Below, one piece after another: positions 52,312-64,000 of a stretch of DNA of 64,000 bases; the stretch's first letter is position 1; every line of letters begins with the position of its first letter. This DNA is from Octopus sinensis. Taxonomy: Eukaryota. A program made the translations under genes and the position numbers. Location of the stretch: contig NC_043009.1 of the NCBI RefSeq assembly GCF_006345805.1, forward strand, positions 47,740,001 to 47,804,000, read 5' to 3'. A model generated the notes under the pieces. The model saw only the letters and a list, made by a program, of their open reading frames with translations, was not told the DNA's origin and ran no database searches.

Positions 52312-52546
52312 TCTTATTTCTTTATTGCCCACAAGGGGCTAAACATACAGGGGACAAACAATAACAGACAATGGGATTAAGTCGATTACATCGACCCCAG
52401 TGCATAGCTGATACTTAATTTATTGACTCCGAAAGGATGAAAGACAAAGTTGACCATGGCAGAATTTGAACTCAGAACATAACGGCAGACAAAATACTGC
52501 TAAGTATTTCGCCCTGTGTGCTAACGTTTCTGCCAGCTCGCCGCCT
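52312..52546 (-). mobile_element. SINE family B
   Basis: Reverse-strand copy flanked by the repeated CCTCATTTCT. Confidence 0.85.
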
Positions 52547-52581
52547 CATTTCTAGCACTGAATTAACATTCAAATTTTAGC

Positions 52582-52899
52582 CTTCATGATGACAATGCAC
52601 CCCATCACTGAGTTTTCCTCACTCGTGAGTTTCTTGCCAAAAACAACATGGTATTGCTTCTGCACCTGCCCTATTCATCAGATCTAATACCTGAAGACTT
52701 CCAACTCTTTCCCAAGATGAAAATGCAGTTCAAAGGTCGCTATTTTAACACCATTGTTGAGATCCAGAGCAAATTGCAGATGGTCCTTGGCTCGCTTATG
52801 GAAAGCCACTTCCAGGCCGGATTCCAAAAGCGGCAGGAATGCTGGAACTGGTGTATTGCTGCAGAAAGTGACTATTTCAAAGATGATGTTAAAACTTAG
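52582..52899 (+). pseudogene. Mariner transposase C-terminal fragment
   Basis: LHDDNAPHH*...FLAKNNM..L.HLPYSSDLIPEDFQLFPKMK...KGR.F...W..CI....DYF matches mariner HDNAP.H...HPPYSPDLAP.DF. Confidence 0.9.
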
Positions 52900-52984
52900 G
52901 TAAATACGTTATTTTTTTTTTATTAAACATAAGTAACACTGATTGTAATATCACATCCACAACAACTGTGCATATCAACCCAGT

Positions 52985-53240
52985 TCATAAAATTATGAAA
53001 AAGAGAGATGACAATACGTACCCCTGCTGAGGTCCAACACCCACATTGAAAGTTTTCAGTTAAGTACCATTTACTCAAACACAAACATCTGGGTATTTTT
53101 ATAGAGACTTCACAGCAACCAAAAGTTACTCATTAGTCCCAACTCCTGCAAAACCCACTACAGCATGTCATGTGATACATGGTTGTATGCCTTTCCAAGG
53201 TCTACAAAGCAAGCATACACCTCTTGGCAATATTCCCATG
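52985..53240 (-). pseudogene. RTE-type reverse-transcriptase core fragment
   Basis: Reverse translation gives VYACFVDLGKAYNHV (FVDL.KAYD motif) and FNVGVGPQQGYVLSSLFF (G..QG..LSP motif). Confidence 0.7.
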
Positions 53241-53415
53241 AATTTATATAATACAAATGGCAGAAATGGGTTCCTTTGATGGGTTTGTGGTGTAACATTA
53301 CTCAACAGTATGCACAGTTTGGAGGTCAGGGAGTCTCAACAGGTCAAGCTGTTACATCTTCACATTGAGAAGTTACATATCTGGTATTGACTTTTTTATT
53401 TATTTTTTAAATTTA

Positions 53416-53690
53416 TTTTATCTAGTTTCAGCTCACGAGCTGTGGCCATGCTGGGGCACCGCCATTTGGTGTTGCTACATGATTTTACTTCACGAATGCT
53501 TTTTAGCAATTGCCATTTGGTGCATGAGAGAGTTCGATGCAGCTACCCTCATCTGCACCTCATGCCGTGAAGTTGGTTCATCTGGGACACCTGACAGGAA
53601 GGGAGCCAGTTTTATTTTAAAGACATCTGCATCCACCCCATGCAGGTCTCTCAGGTTCTTCGGGAGGATATTGAAGAGCTGACTGTTGCA
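53416..53690 (-). mobile_element. CR1-like LINE 3' end (ORF C-terminus plus 3' UTR)
   Basis: QLFNILPKNLRDLHGVDADVFKIKL..FLSGVPDEP; the UTR ends GGCGGTGCCCCAGCATGGCCACAGCTCGTGAGCTGAAACTAGATAAAA. Confidence 0.75.
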
Positions 53691-53952
53691 AGAAAAAAAT
53701 TCTAAGACAGATCCTTCAAGCCAAGCCAATGAACAGGAGACCTAGAGGCAGACCAAGAGCAAGATGGTTAAATAACATTTATAGTCTCAGCTGGTCATGC
53801 CTGGGAAGCCAGCTGGAAAAGTTTAATGCAGTTGCTTCTGATAAGACTCTATGGATGAGGTGCCTGAGGACTCTACTCCATGATCCTTCCAGCAATGGTA
53901 AATGGAGAAGATGGATGCATAGCAGCAGTAGTAATAATCTAATTAGACTTAA

Positions 53953-54270
53953 ACATCATCATCGTTTAACGTCTGTTTTCCATGTTAGCATGGGTTGGAC
54001 GGTTCGACCGGGGTCTAGGAAGCCAGGAGGCTGCACCAAGCTTCAGTCTGATCTGGCAGTGTTTCTACAGCTTGATGCCCTTCCTAATGCCAACCACTCC
54101 GTGAGTGTAGTGGTTGCTTTTTACGTGCCACCGGCACAGGGGCCAGACGAGGCTGACAACGGCCACAATCAGTTGGTGCTTTTTACATGCCACCAGCATG
54201 GAAGCCAGCCAAGGCGGCGCTGGCATCAGCCACATTTGGATGGTGCTTTTTACATGCCACCGGCACAGGT
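53953..54270 (-). mobile_element. RTE-type LINE 3' end
   Basis: CATCATCATCGTTTAACGTC... family. Confidence 0.8.
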
Positions 54271-55126
54271 AGTGCAGACAAACTTATCATGCACTGACAA
54301 AGTCCATATTGCCAACTCAACTACAGCAATTAGCAGGACCTGCTGGCATATAAGATGACATTTGGTAGTAAAGAGAGTAGAATATTTCCATTCATACACC
54401 CTACAGGATTACCTAGTACATACCATGTAATGAGAGAGCCCCTACATGGTCATACAGCTTACTAGAAATAACAACCAAATCTCCTTCAAATCACACACTA
54501 CTATCTTAAAACAGGACACATTAGATACTGAATGTAATCCTGAGTTCCTTGCATATAGGGAAAATATGAGATGGTCACAGATGGAATGCCTTTGATCATA
54601 AGTCTACTCAATCAAGATGGCCTGGAGTTGAACAACAACTTATCATACATTGATATGAGCAATGTAGTCCCCAACTTGATGGGGGACATTTAACTGAAAT
54701 AATTCATTGTTGTTTGTACCTAGTAATTTATGACCTTTTGATCATAGTTTGGCTAAGATTATATGACATTAACAGCTGGGGATACTAGCTGAGACTGAAT
54801 GAGACATTTAAAAACAAAAAAACATTCTCAACACCTTGAAGTTGGAGTTATGTACCAGCAGTTAGAAACCTTTCAGGCATTAGAAGAAATTTACATTTTA
54901 CTTCATATACAACTCTTGAAAGTATAATAATTCTTCCTATTCCTTTTTCAATTGCTTCTGTCATTGGACTGTGGCCATGCTGGAGCATAGCCTTGAACAA
55001 ATTGCCCCCAGCACATATTTTTTAAAGTCTGGTACTTATTCCCTCAGTACAGTATCTTTTGCCAAACTACTAAGTTATATGGATGTAAACAGACCAACAC
55101 CAGTTGCCAAGTGGTGGTGACAGGGA

Positions 55127-55158
<32 letters not shown>

Positions 55159-55321
55159 GGGCTTCGACAGTTTCTATCTACGAAATTCACTCATAAGGCA
55201 TTGGTCAGCCCAGGATTTTAGTACAAGACACTTGCACAAAATGCTGTGTAGAAGGACTAAAATCTTAAAACTTCTTAACTACACAGACATGCTTGCATCT
55301 ATAAAAAGAAATCTCAAGGGA

Positions 55322-55393
55322 TGCTTTATCCTGGAGTCGAACCTGGACTGACTGCTAAGAAGGCAACCACGCTAATCACTATATCAACACCTT
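55322..55393 (-). pseudogene. tRNA-Gly(TCC)-like pseudogene
   Basis: Reverse complement GTTGATATAGTGATTAGCGTGGTTGCCTTCTTAGCAGTCAGTCCAGGTTCGACTCCAGG aligns with metazoan tRNA-Gly-TCC (..TATAGTGGTTAGC.T.G.TGCCTTCCAAGCAGT.GACCCGGGTTCGATTCCCGG); acceptor stem is broken and the anticodon reads TCT. Confidence 0.6.
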
Positions 55394-56537
55394 GAACAGA
55401 TAAAGTTTAATATAACATGAACTAACCTTTATCATGTGATAATTGAAACTGATGTGGTGACAGATAAGGATATTAAAACAGTAAATATTCAATAAGATTT
55501 GATAAGTTTCCTGCTATGTAGTATGCAAATATCAATAAAAAAAAAAAAAAACTTTCAAAAGCGAAATATTTTATGGAATCTTATTTTCATAATAAACCGA
55601 AGACACCTGTTGAAAGTGGGGGGAAAAAATAAAACGCTTAATGATTTAAAAACTCTTTTAAAAAGAATTCTCAGTAGTAAATAAAAATGCCGAAATAACT
55701 GTATTTATGTACTATAAATAGACATTTCTTTCCAGCCTGGTTCTCTGAGAATGGGGGGGAAGAAAAAAAAATTAATTTTAATTTGATTTCTCATCTGACA
55801 TGTAATCCAAATTAGACTGAGCTCATACTGCTAGAAAATTGATTTTTGCTTTCATGCTGAAGATTCATTTCCTATCAACGGTAAAGCACACAATAATTAT
55901 TTACTGATATTTATATTATGAGATGAGAAAATGTCTACATATTATATTTAAAGCCAACCAAAATAATAGAAAATCACGTTTGTTGTTGGTGGTGGCAGTG
56001 GTGGTAGTTTTGGTGTTGTTGTTACTATTATTATTATTATTATTTTGTTTCTCTGTAGTTCAACTGACTTCCATTGAAATTTCAGTGAATTGATTTAATT
56101 AAATGTCAGGATAAATTAGTTCAGTGATTCTATACTTAGCTGTTATGACAAATCGCAATGTCTAACGGATTCCCTTTACAAAAAGTCCATACACTTCACT
56201 TACGCAATCCTTCTATACGTTCCTTTAAAAACTGTCTGCAATGTTGGATAGTTCATCATATCCTCCTACATTCACACAATAATATCTAAATGTCAAGAAG
56301 GCAAGCTGGCAGAAATGTTAGCATGCCAGGCGAAATGCTTAGCGGTATTTCGTCTGCCTTTATGTTTCTGAGTTCAAATTCCGCCAAGGTTGACTTTGCT
56401 TTCATCCAGTTGCATATTGGGGTCAATCTAATCGATTGACCCCATCACCCAAAAACTTTCAGGCCTTGTGTCTAGAATAGAAAAGAATATCTAAATGTCA
56501 AGATGTGCCATCCAGTATTTCTCAAAAAGTTGATTTA

Positions 56538-56709
56538 AGGTGCAAGAGTAGCTGTGTGATAAGTAGCATGCTTACGAACCACATGGTTCCGCGTTCAGTC
56601 CCACTGCATGGCACCTTGGGCAAGTGTCTTCTACTATAGCCTCGGGCCGACCAATGCCTTGTGAGTGGATTTGGTAGACGAAAACTGAAAGAAGCCTGTC
56701 GTATATATG

Positions 56710-56791
<82 letters not shown>

Positions 56792-57025
56792 CGTGTGTGT
56801 GTGTGTGAATATGTTTGTGTGTCTGTGTTTGTTCCCCCAACATCGCTTGACAACCGATGCTGATGTCTTTACGTCTCCATCACTTAGCAGTTCAGCATGA
56901 GAGACCAATAGAATAAGTACTAGGCTTACAAAGAATAAGTCCTGGGATCAATTTGCTCAACTAAAGGCAGTGCTCTAGCATGGCCACAGTTAAATGACTG
57001 AAACAAATAAAAGAATAAAAGAAAG
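56538..57025 (+). mobile_element. SINE family A with an expanded (TG)n
   Basis: Colinear with other copies. Confidence 0.9.
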
Positions 57026-57255
57026 AATAACTGACAACAGCATACCCATCATCATCTAACTACATGTTCTTCAAGCAGAAGTCAACCCTTAGGAAACAAT
57101 TCCATATAATAGTCAAAATATTAAATTGTTAAATTGCAGTGAGCTGGCAGAATCATTATCATGCCAAACGAAATGCTTAGGGGTATTTCATTCATATTTA
57201 CGTCAGAAGGCAGTAAGCTGGCAGAATCATTAACTAGCACACTAAACAAAATGCT

Positions 57256-57466
57256 TACTCTTTTACTCTTTTACTAGTTTCATTCATTTGACTGCAGCCA
57301 TGCTGGAGCACCGCCTTTAGTCGAGCAAATCGACCCCGGGACTTATTCTTTGTATGCCCACTACTTATTCTATCGGTCTCTTTTGCCGAACCGCTAAGTG
57401 ACGGGGACGTAAACACACCAGCATCGGTTGTCAAGCAATGCTAGGGGGACAAACACAGACACACAA

Positions 57467-57518
<52 letters not shown>

Positions 57519-57675
57519 GACAGGCTTCTTTCAGTTTCCGTCTACCAAACCAACTCACAAGGCATTGGTCAGCCCGGGGCTATAGCAGAAGACACTTGCC
57601 CAAGATGCCACATAGTGGGACTGAACCAGGAACCATGTGGTTGGTTAGCAAGCTACTTACCACACAGCTACTCCT
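57256..57675 (-). mobile_element. SINE family A nested in family B
   Basis: Reverse-strand copy ~230 bp from the opposite-orientation copy 56538-57025. Confidence 0.9.
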
Positions 57676-59715
57676 TAGCAACATTTCAACTGTCTTTGTG
57701 TTCTGAGTTCAATAAAATAAGTTCCAGTTGAGAATTGGGGTTGATGTAATCAATTTACTCTCTTTCCCCGAAATTGCTGGCCTTGTGCCAAAATTTGAAA
57801 CAAATATAAAATTGTTAAATCATGAAATATTTTGTCACTCAGAATCAATATATAGGTGCAGGCATGGCTGTTTGGTTAAGAAGTTTGCTTTGCATCCATG
57901 TGATTTCAGGTTCAATCCCATTGTGCAGCACTTTTGTGAGTGAATTTTGTGATGGAAACTGTGTGGAAGCCCATCATATATATTTCTTTATCGCCCATAG
58001 AGGGGACAAACAAGAATAGACAAAGGGTTTAAGTTGATTACATCGACCCCAGTGCGAAACTGGTACTTTATTTATCGACCCCGAAAGGATGAAAGGCAAA
58101 GTCGACCACGGCGGAATTTGAACTCCCATCATATATGTATGCGTGCATGTGTATTTTTGTGTTTGTTACCCATACCATTGGTGTTGGTTTGTTTGTACCC
58201 CATAACTTAGTAGTTTGGCGATGGCAAGACCAAGAGGATAAGACTAGATTTTCCTAAAGAAATGGCAGAACACTGTTTACCTTGTTTTGTTTTTGTTTTT
58301 CATCGTCTAGTGCTGGAGAGTCAATTTTTATTTTGATTTAGGAAGGAGTAACTTGTCAATAAGTATCTATAAGACTAATAGTACATCAGAAACACCAGTA
58401 CTAAATATAGTAGCAATGGATAAACAACTGAGTATCTGCACAATTTTCATCTACCAAAATTCACTCAGAAGATATTGTTTGTTGGTCTGAGCCTATGATA
58501 GAAAATACCAGCCCAAGGTGTTGCATAATGGAATTGAACCAAAATCAATATGGTAGTGAAGCAAATCTCCAAACCACACAGCCATGCCTGCACCAACATT
58601 GTTGATACTAAATTTATTTACATAGTAAAAGAGCATTGGTGATGGTGCCATGTATAAAGTATTGGTGCTAGTGTCATGTACAAAACATTGGTGATGGTGC
58701 CATATAAAAAGCACCCAGTACACTCAGTAAAATGGTTGGCAATGGGAAGGGTATCCAAGCCAAAACAGACTATGGAATCCGTTGTGGCCCCCTAGTCTTG
58801 CTAGCTCCTATCAAACCATCCAACCCATGCCGGCATGGAAAATGGAAGTTAATTGATGATGACGCCGACAACAATGAAGATGATGATGACGACAATGATG
58901 ATGATGATGATGATGATGACAACAATGATGATGATGACGACGACAATGATGATGATGACGACAACGACAAGTGTACTCATTTTCACTAATTTCTATAAAA
59001 AAGAAGAAAGCATTAGCTCCAATGACTTTTAGTATAAAGAATGTTACCAGAAAGTTGTTAGCCTCATTATCTACAAGAAGCATGAAGAGATCATCAATCT
59101 TGTTTACAAGATGATCTGCATTTTTATATAAACAATTAGGTCATTTGGGATTTCTAGATATATTAAGATTTTTGGAGGCTCATTTTCTATCTCAATTATC
59201 ATCAATTACTGATGTTGTTGAGAGTGCATTAGAGTACATTTGCACTGCTTTGCATTTGATGAATTTCATTGAGTCTAGTTTCATTTTAATAATCCACATG
59301 CTTTCTACATCATGTTGCTCTCAGTTTCTTCTCTGTTCTTTGACCATTCCTCTCTCTCTCTCTCTAAGATGTTTCTTTCTCTGTATTGCCTATCATGTTA
59401 TCTTTTATATAAACTACTGTTTTCCATGATGGCATGTGTTGGATAACTTGACAGAATCTAATGAACCTCATGATTGTGTCAGGAACCAGCGCCTATGTCT
59501 GTGGTGGCATAGTTCCTACAGCTGAATACTCTTCCTAATGCCAACAATTTTACAGCATACAATGGGTACTTTTTGCATAACACTGACACTAGCAATGCCA
59601 CCAAGTAACTTGCAGGACAAAGAAAAAGAAACAAAAAAACCTCACCTGAAGTTGAGAGAGGTTAGTTATGCTAGGTGTTGAAAGGCTAAAGTATGATAGA
59701 AAGACATCCACAATG

Positions 59716-60198
59716 ACAGCAAGCTGGCAGAAACATTAGCATGCTGGGCGAAATGCTTAGTGGTATTTCGTCTGCCGTTATGTTCTGAGTTCAAATTCCG
59801 CCGAGTTCAACTTTGCCTTTTATCTTTTCGGAGTCGATAAATTAAGTACCTATTTCTTTACTACCCACAAGGGGCTAAACACAGAGAGGACAAACAAGGA
59901 CAGACAAACGGATTAAGTCGATTATATCGACTCCAGTGCGTAACTGATACTTTATTTATCAACCCCGAAAAGATGAAAGGCAAAATCAACCTCGGCAGAA
60001 TTTGAACTCAGAACGTAGCGACAGACGAAATACTGCTAAGCATCTCGCCCCGGCACACTAGCGCCTCTGCCAGCTCGCCGCCAATAAATTAAGTTACCAG
60101 TCGTGCACTGGGGTCGATGTAATCAACTTAATCCCTTTGTCTGTCCTTGTTTGTCCTCTCTATGCTTAGCCCCTTGTGGGCAATACAGAAATAAGAAA
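59716..60198. mobile_element. SINE B (+) containing an inverted SINE B (59851-60082, -)
   Basis: Duplicated target ATAAATTAAGT(T)ACC flanks the inner copy. Confidence 0.88.
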
Positions 60199-60599
60199 GA
60201 CATCCACAGGTGTCTGTTTACAGAAGAAATAAAGATGGTAGTGATGAGGATCCAGAGCGTATTCTCCAAACATCAACTGTTTACATGATAGTTTTAAAAC
60301 AATTAGATAAGCATATGTTGAGTGTTTATTAAGTTTGTGGTAAACAAATTCTGTAATAGAGTCTAATACACATAAAGCTATTTCACTTCTTATACATTCA
60401 TATTTCTGATGTCTCAGAAAATGTATGAAAACCACCACAACTTCTATTTCTATTTCCTCTTTTCCTTTTAAAGAAGACAATATGTTTCTAGTTCAAAACT
60501 GTTTCAATCTCCTTTGAAAAGCAATAAAAATGGATTTTAAATGAAGATCTGCAGACCTCACATCTAGTATATTGAAGTTAAATTTGGAGATATGTTTTA

Positions 60600-60900
60600 T
60601 TTAACATAATTTTGATTCTCAATCTATTGGCATTGCTGATAATATCTGGTTTTAGGGCAAAGGAAACGTAAAAGCTAAAATAAGTGAGTTTAAATCGAGG
60701 AGATAAACAATTATCAAGTTCAGAGAAGCAGAGATGTTTGTGGTATAACAGTATGTTGATGCATATTTTGGATTGTATCCAAAATAAACAGATGGCCTTT
60801 TTTGGATGCAGTCCAAAATGTGTGCATGTATGAATACAGGGAGGTTGCACCATTTCAGATGAATGAGCAACTTACTGCAACATCAGGTAAACATGTTAGG
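60600..60900 (-). pseudogene. Highly decayed CR1/L2-like RT C-terminal fragment
   Basis: With a frameshift: CSFI*NGA...ILDCIQKKAI...LLYHK..CFSEL, resembling CSHIW.GA...LD.IQ.KAIR...LFY.Y...CS.EL. Confidence 0.4.
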
Positions 60901-61052
60901 CTGTACGGTGTTAGTATCTCTTAGGGCCGAGGTATTTTCCAGCTCTGAATAGGAAACCCAATCTTTGATCTACAATCAAGAAGAGAAGTCAATAGAGATT
61001 TTACTGTATCATCACAGAATCACATTCTTTTTTTTATTCTTTTAAATTTCTC

Positions 61053-61345
61053 CTTCAGTCACTGGGCTGTGGCCATGCTGGAGCACTTCATTTAATATTT
61101 TTAGGTTTTTTTTCTTTTTCTTTTAGTCAGTTATAACATTCCTGATTCTCAGTCGTGAAGTAGTGAGTTCAATTCTAGGACTGAGTTGAATGCTGTACTT
61201 CAGTCACTGGGCTGTGGCCATGCTGGAGCACTTCATTTAATATTTTTGGTTTTTTAAAATTTTTCTTTTAGTCAGTTATAACATTCCTGATTCTCAGTCG
61301 TGAAATAGTGAGTTTAATTCCTGGACTGAGTTGAATGTTGTGCTC
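61053..61345. repeat. 145-bp tandem duplication
   Basis: CTTCAGTCACTGGGCTGTGGCCATGCTGGAGCAC... starts at 61053 and 61198. Confidence 0.92.
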
Positions 61346-61597
61346 TTGAGCAAGACACTTTATTTCACATTGCTTCAGTTCATTCACTCAGCTGTAGAAA
61401 TGAGTTACAACGTCACTGGTGCCAAACTGTATTGGCCTTTGCTGCTCCCTTGGGTAACATCAGAGGCATGGAACGAGGAGGCTGGTATGCATGGGCGACT
61501 GCTGGTCTTCCATAAACAACCTTGCCTAGATTTGTGCCTTGGAGGGGAACTTTCTAGGTGCAATCCCATGGTCATTCCTGACTAAAGGGGGTCTTTA
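61270..61597 (+). mobile_element. SINE family C
   Basis: Ends ...GGTGCAATCCCATGGTCATTCCTGACTAAAGGGGGTCTTTAC, the reverse complement of the 18748/45366 ends. Confidence 0.75.
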
Positions 61598-62107
61598 CTC
61601 TTTATTTTGTCCTGGTACTTATTTCATCATTGTCATATACAGTGAAGAAACATGATCTAATAATGGTTAGGGTGTTGCACTCATGATCACAAGATTGTGG
61701 TTTCCATTCCCAGATCAGGCAATACATTGTGTTCTTGAGAAAAACACTTCATTTCACATTGCTACGCGATCACTTCAACATCTGAAGTGTAGCACTACGT
61801 GCAGCTGTACTGGCAATGTTAATTTGACGGAGAGCAAGAGAGAGTGATTTAATGTACAGCACAAATGTTCTGTTACAATAAAACAAATCATTCATGCAAG
61901 CTGTTCAGCAATATGTAAGTCCCTCATCCGTCATTTATGACAGGAGAGTCCTCCCTCGCCACCGTTTCATACAAATATTCTAGGTGGCTATTGGCAGGAG
62001 AGCAAAATTTAGTGGACATGTATATCACAGGATGTTCCTGCTCTGTTGGATATAATTTTTCACACCATGCTGATATAAACACACACATACACACACTCAC
62101 ACACGTA

Positions 62108-62261
62108 TGTGGCTGTGTGGTAAATAGCTTGCTTACCAACCACATGGTTCCGGGTTCAGTCCCACTGTGTCGCACCTTAGGCAAGTGTCTTCTACTATAG
62201 CCTCAGGCCGGCCAAAACCTTGTGAGTGGATTTGGTAGACAGAAACTGAAAGAAGCTCATC

Positions 62262-62302
<41 letters not shown>

Positions 62303-62524
62303 TATATATATATGTATGTGTGTATATGTTTGTGTGTCTGTGTTTGTCCCCTCAACATCGCTTGACAACTGCTGGTGTGTTTACGTCCCTGTAACTTAGC
62401 GGATCGGCAAAAGAGACCGATAGAATAAGTGCTAGGCTTTCAAAGAATAAGTCCTGGGGGAAATTTGCTCAAGCATGGCAGTGCTCCAGCATGGCCATAG
62501 TCAAATGGCTGAAACAAGTAAAAG

Positions 62525-62526
<2 letters not shown>
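62108..62526 (+). mobile_element. SINE family A
   Basis: Colinear with other copies. Confidence 0.9.
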
Positions 62527-62569
<43 letters not shown>

Positions 62570-62641
62570 CCCCTCATGAAAAGCTACAGTTGTCCTTTTA
62601 CCACCTCCATTACATAAAGCTTTATAAATATAAATATAATA

Positions 62642-62710
62642 AATAAATGTATTTTTGCAAATAAATTTGATGCTTAAAGCATCAAATTTATTTGCAAAAG
62701 TATATTTATT
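62642..62710. repeat. 69-nt palindrome
   Basis: 34-bp arms around a single A; the only two mismatches are G-T/T-G. Confidence 0.92.
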
Positions 62711-62856
62711 CAGTACTATCTAAATTTTAAATGATAAATTTCTAATCACATGAACTCTGTGTCTCTTAAAGTAAGTTTGTTTACATCTGAAAATACCTAA
62801 ACATTGTCCTCAAATAAGTAATTTTGTAACTCGAGACTAAAATACACTTATTTTTC

Positions 62857-62947
62857 CTGAAGAGATCTAACAATATACCAATTATTACATCTTGAAAAGT
62901 TATAATTATTGATGATTTTTAAATATTGTTATATCGAAACATATGTC
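62857..62947 (+). ncRNA. Type I hammerhead-like motif with long stem II
   Basis: CTGAAGA-GATCTAACAATAT(46 nt)ATATTGTTATATC-GAAA-C-ATAT-GTC: 12/13-bp stem II, ACATATGT palindrome, GUC site; stem I not evident. Confidence 0.6.
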
Positions 62948-64000
62948 TGTATATAGAATATCTTTTTGGATATTTTTGTATTTCTGAGTTATTTTGTTGG
63001 TTGATGCGGTTCATTTTATACTTTTATACTTGTTCTTATAGGTACATCTTTTCATCTTTTAATTTGCATTACTTTTCCAATTCTAATACAAATAAAATTA
63101 ACCAAGCATCTTTTTAAATTTTTATTTGCCATTTTCTTTTATTGACTTTTTATACACACACACACACACACATAAGTATGTGTGTGTGTGCGTTCTCTTT
63201 TATTTATTAATTATTTGAAATCTTCCAATCTTCCTGTGAGGAAGGAGCTAGTTTCTAACAAAGATATAAAGCTGTGTCATTGGAATGTAGATAATAAAAC
63301 AATGTCATGTTTTGAACTTGAGCAAAGTCTTACATATTTTTACTGTTCCACTTACAGATTATATATGTAATGTGAATGTTAACTGGTTTATTTTTTTTTT
63401 CTGAAGATTCTAACTTTTGCATATGGTCATTTAGGCATTTACTTACAAAACCACATGCACCAATTAATAATGGTATAAACATGAATTTATAATCTTGATA
63501 CAAAAGCTGAACATTTTGAAGCAGTTGTTCATAGTTATCTTCTTTCTCTTTGATTTTTCAGATAGGTATGTGTATGTATGTGGGATAAAGGATACATATG
63601 CAGTATCCTTTTGGGAGAAAAGGATACATAAGGTCCTCCTACTTACATACCAGTGTAAACCCTCCAAAACAAAAATACTATAAGGTCATTTAATTCACAC
63701 CCACTTTCTTTTTAAATGTCCAACATAGCTAGAACCACCTCCAGGTTAGTTGATAAATCTTTTTTCCCAGTCTATAATCTGACTACACCATCTACACTAG
63801 CATCATCCAATTCTTATGCACCTGAGAGATTTGAATGCAGGTACAGGTTCATATTTTTTATTTGTTTTAAAGCACAACATGCCCCAAAATAAGAACTGCT
63901 TTAGTCAAATTTTGTGATGGTTGTTTTCATACATTATTTCTGCTGAATAAGGGGCAATTAGCACACAGGACAAAAAACTTAGCAGCATTTCATCTGTCTT

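Noticed and set aside
53729-54358. 209-aa ORF
   Set aside because: Chimera of a decayed RTE-like end (RRPRGRPRARW) and the antisense of an RTE 3' UTR

Overview
AT-rich, repeat-saturated eukaryotic non-coding DNA (intron or intergenic). The SINE families and microsatellite load match what I recognise from octopus (coleoid cephalopod) genomes. No host protein-coding exon can be supported: the ORF track is almost all microsatellite or SINE read-through, plus decayed RTE/CR1 reverse-transcriptase and mariner transposase fragments. The window holds several tRNA-derived SINE families (dozens of copies, often nested), (ATG)n-tailed RTE 3' ends, hAT, mariner and Helentron-type non-autonomous elements, a tRNA-Gly pseudogene, mini/microsatellites and one 100-N gap. 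The main signal is at least 8 minimal type I hammerhead-ribozyme (HHR) motifs from about 5 unrelated sequence families. Most lie just upstream of a (TA)n/(AAT)n tract, and each has a different but self-complementary stem III. Four of them sit as divergent pairs inside two fold-back elements (23.0-23.8 kb and 40.6-41.0 kb). This architecture resembles Penelope-like-element (PLE) pseudo-LTRs, with unusual catalytic-core variants (A6U; compensatory U3-A8). All calls were made by eye; no database search or folding program was run, and repeat boundaries are approximate.
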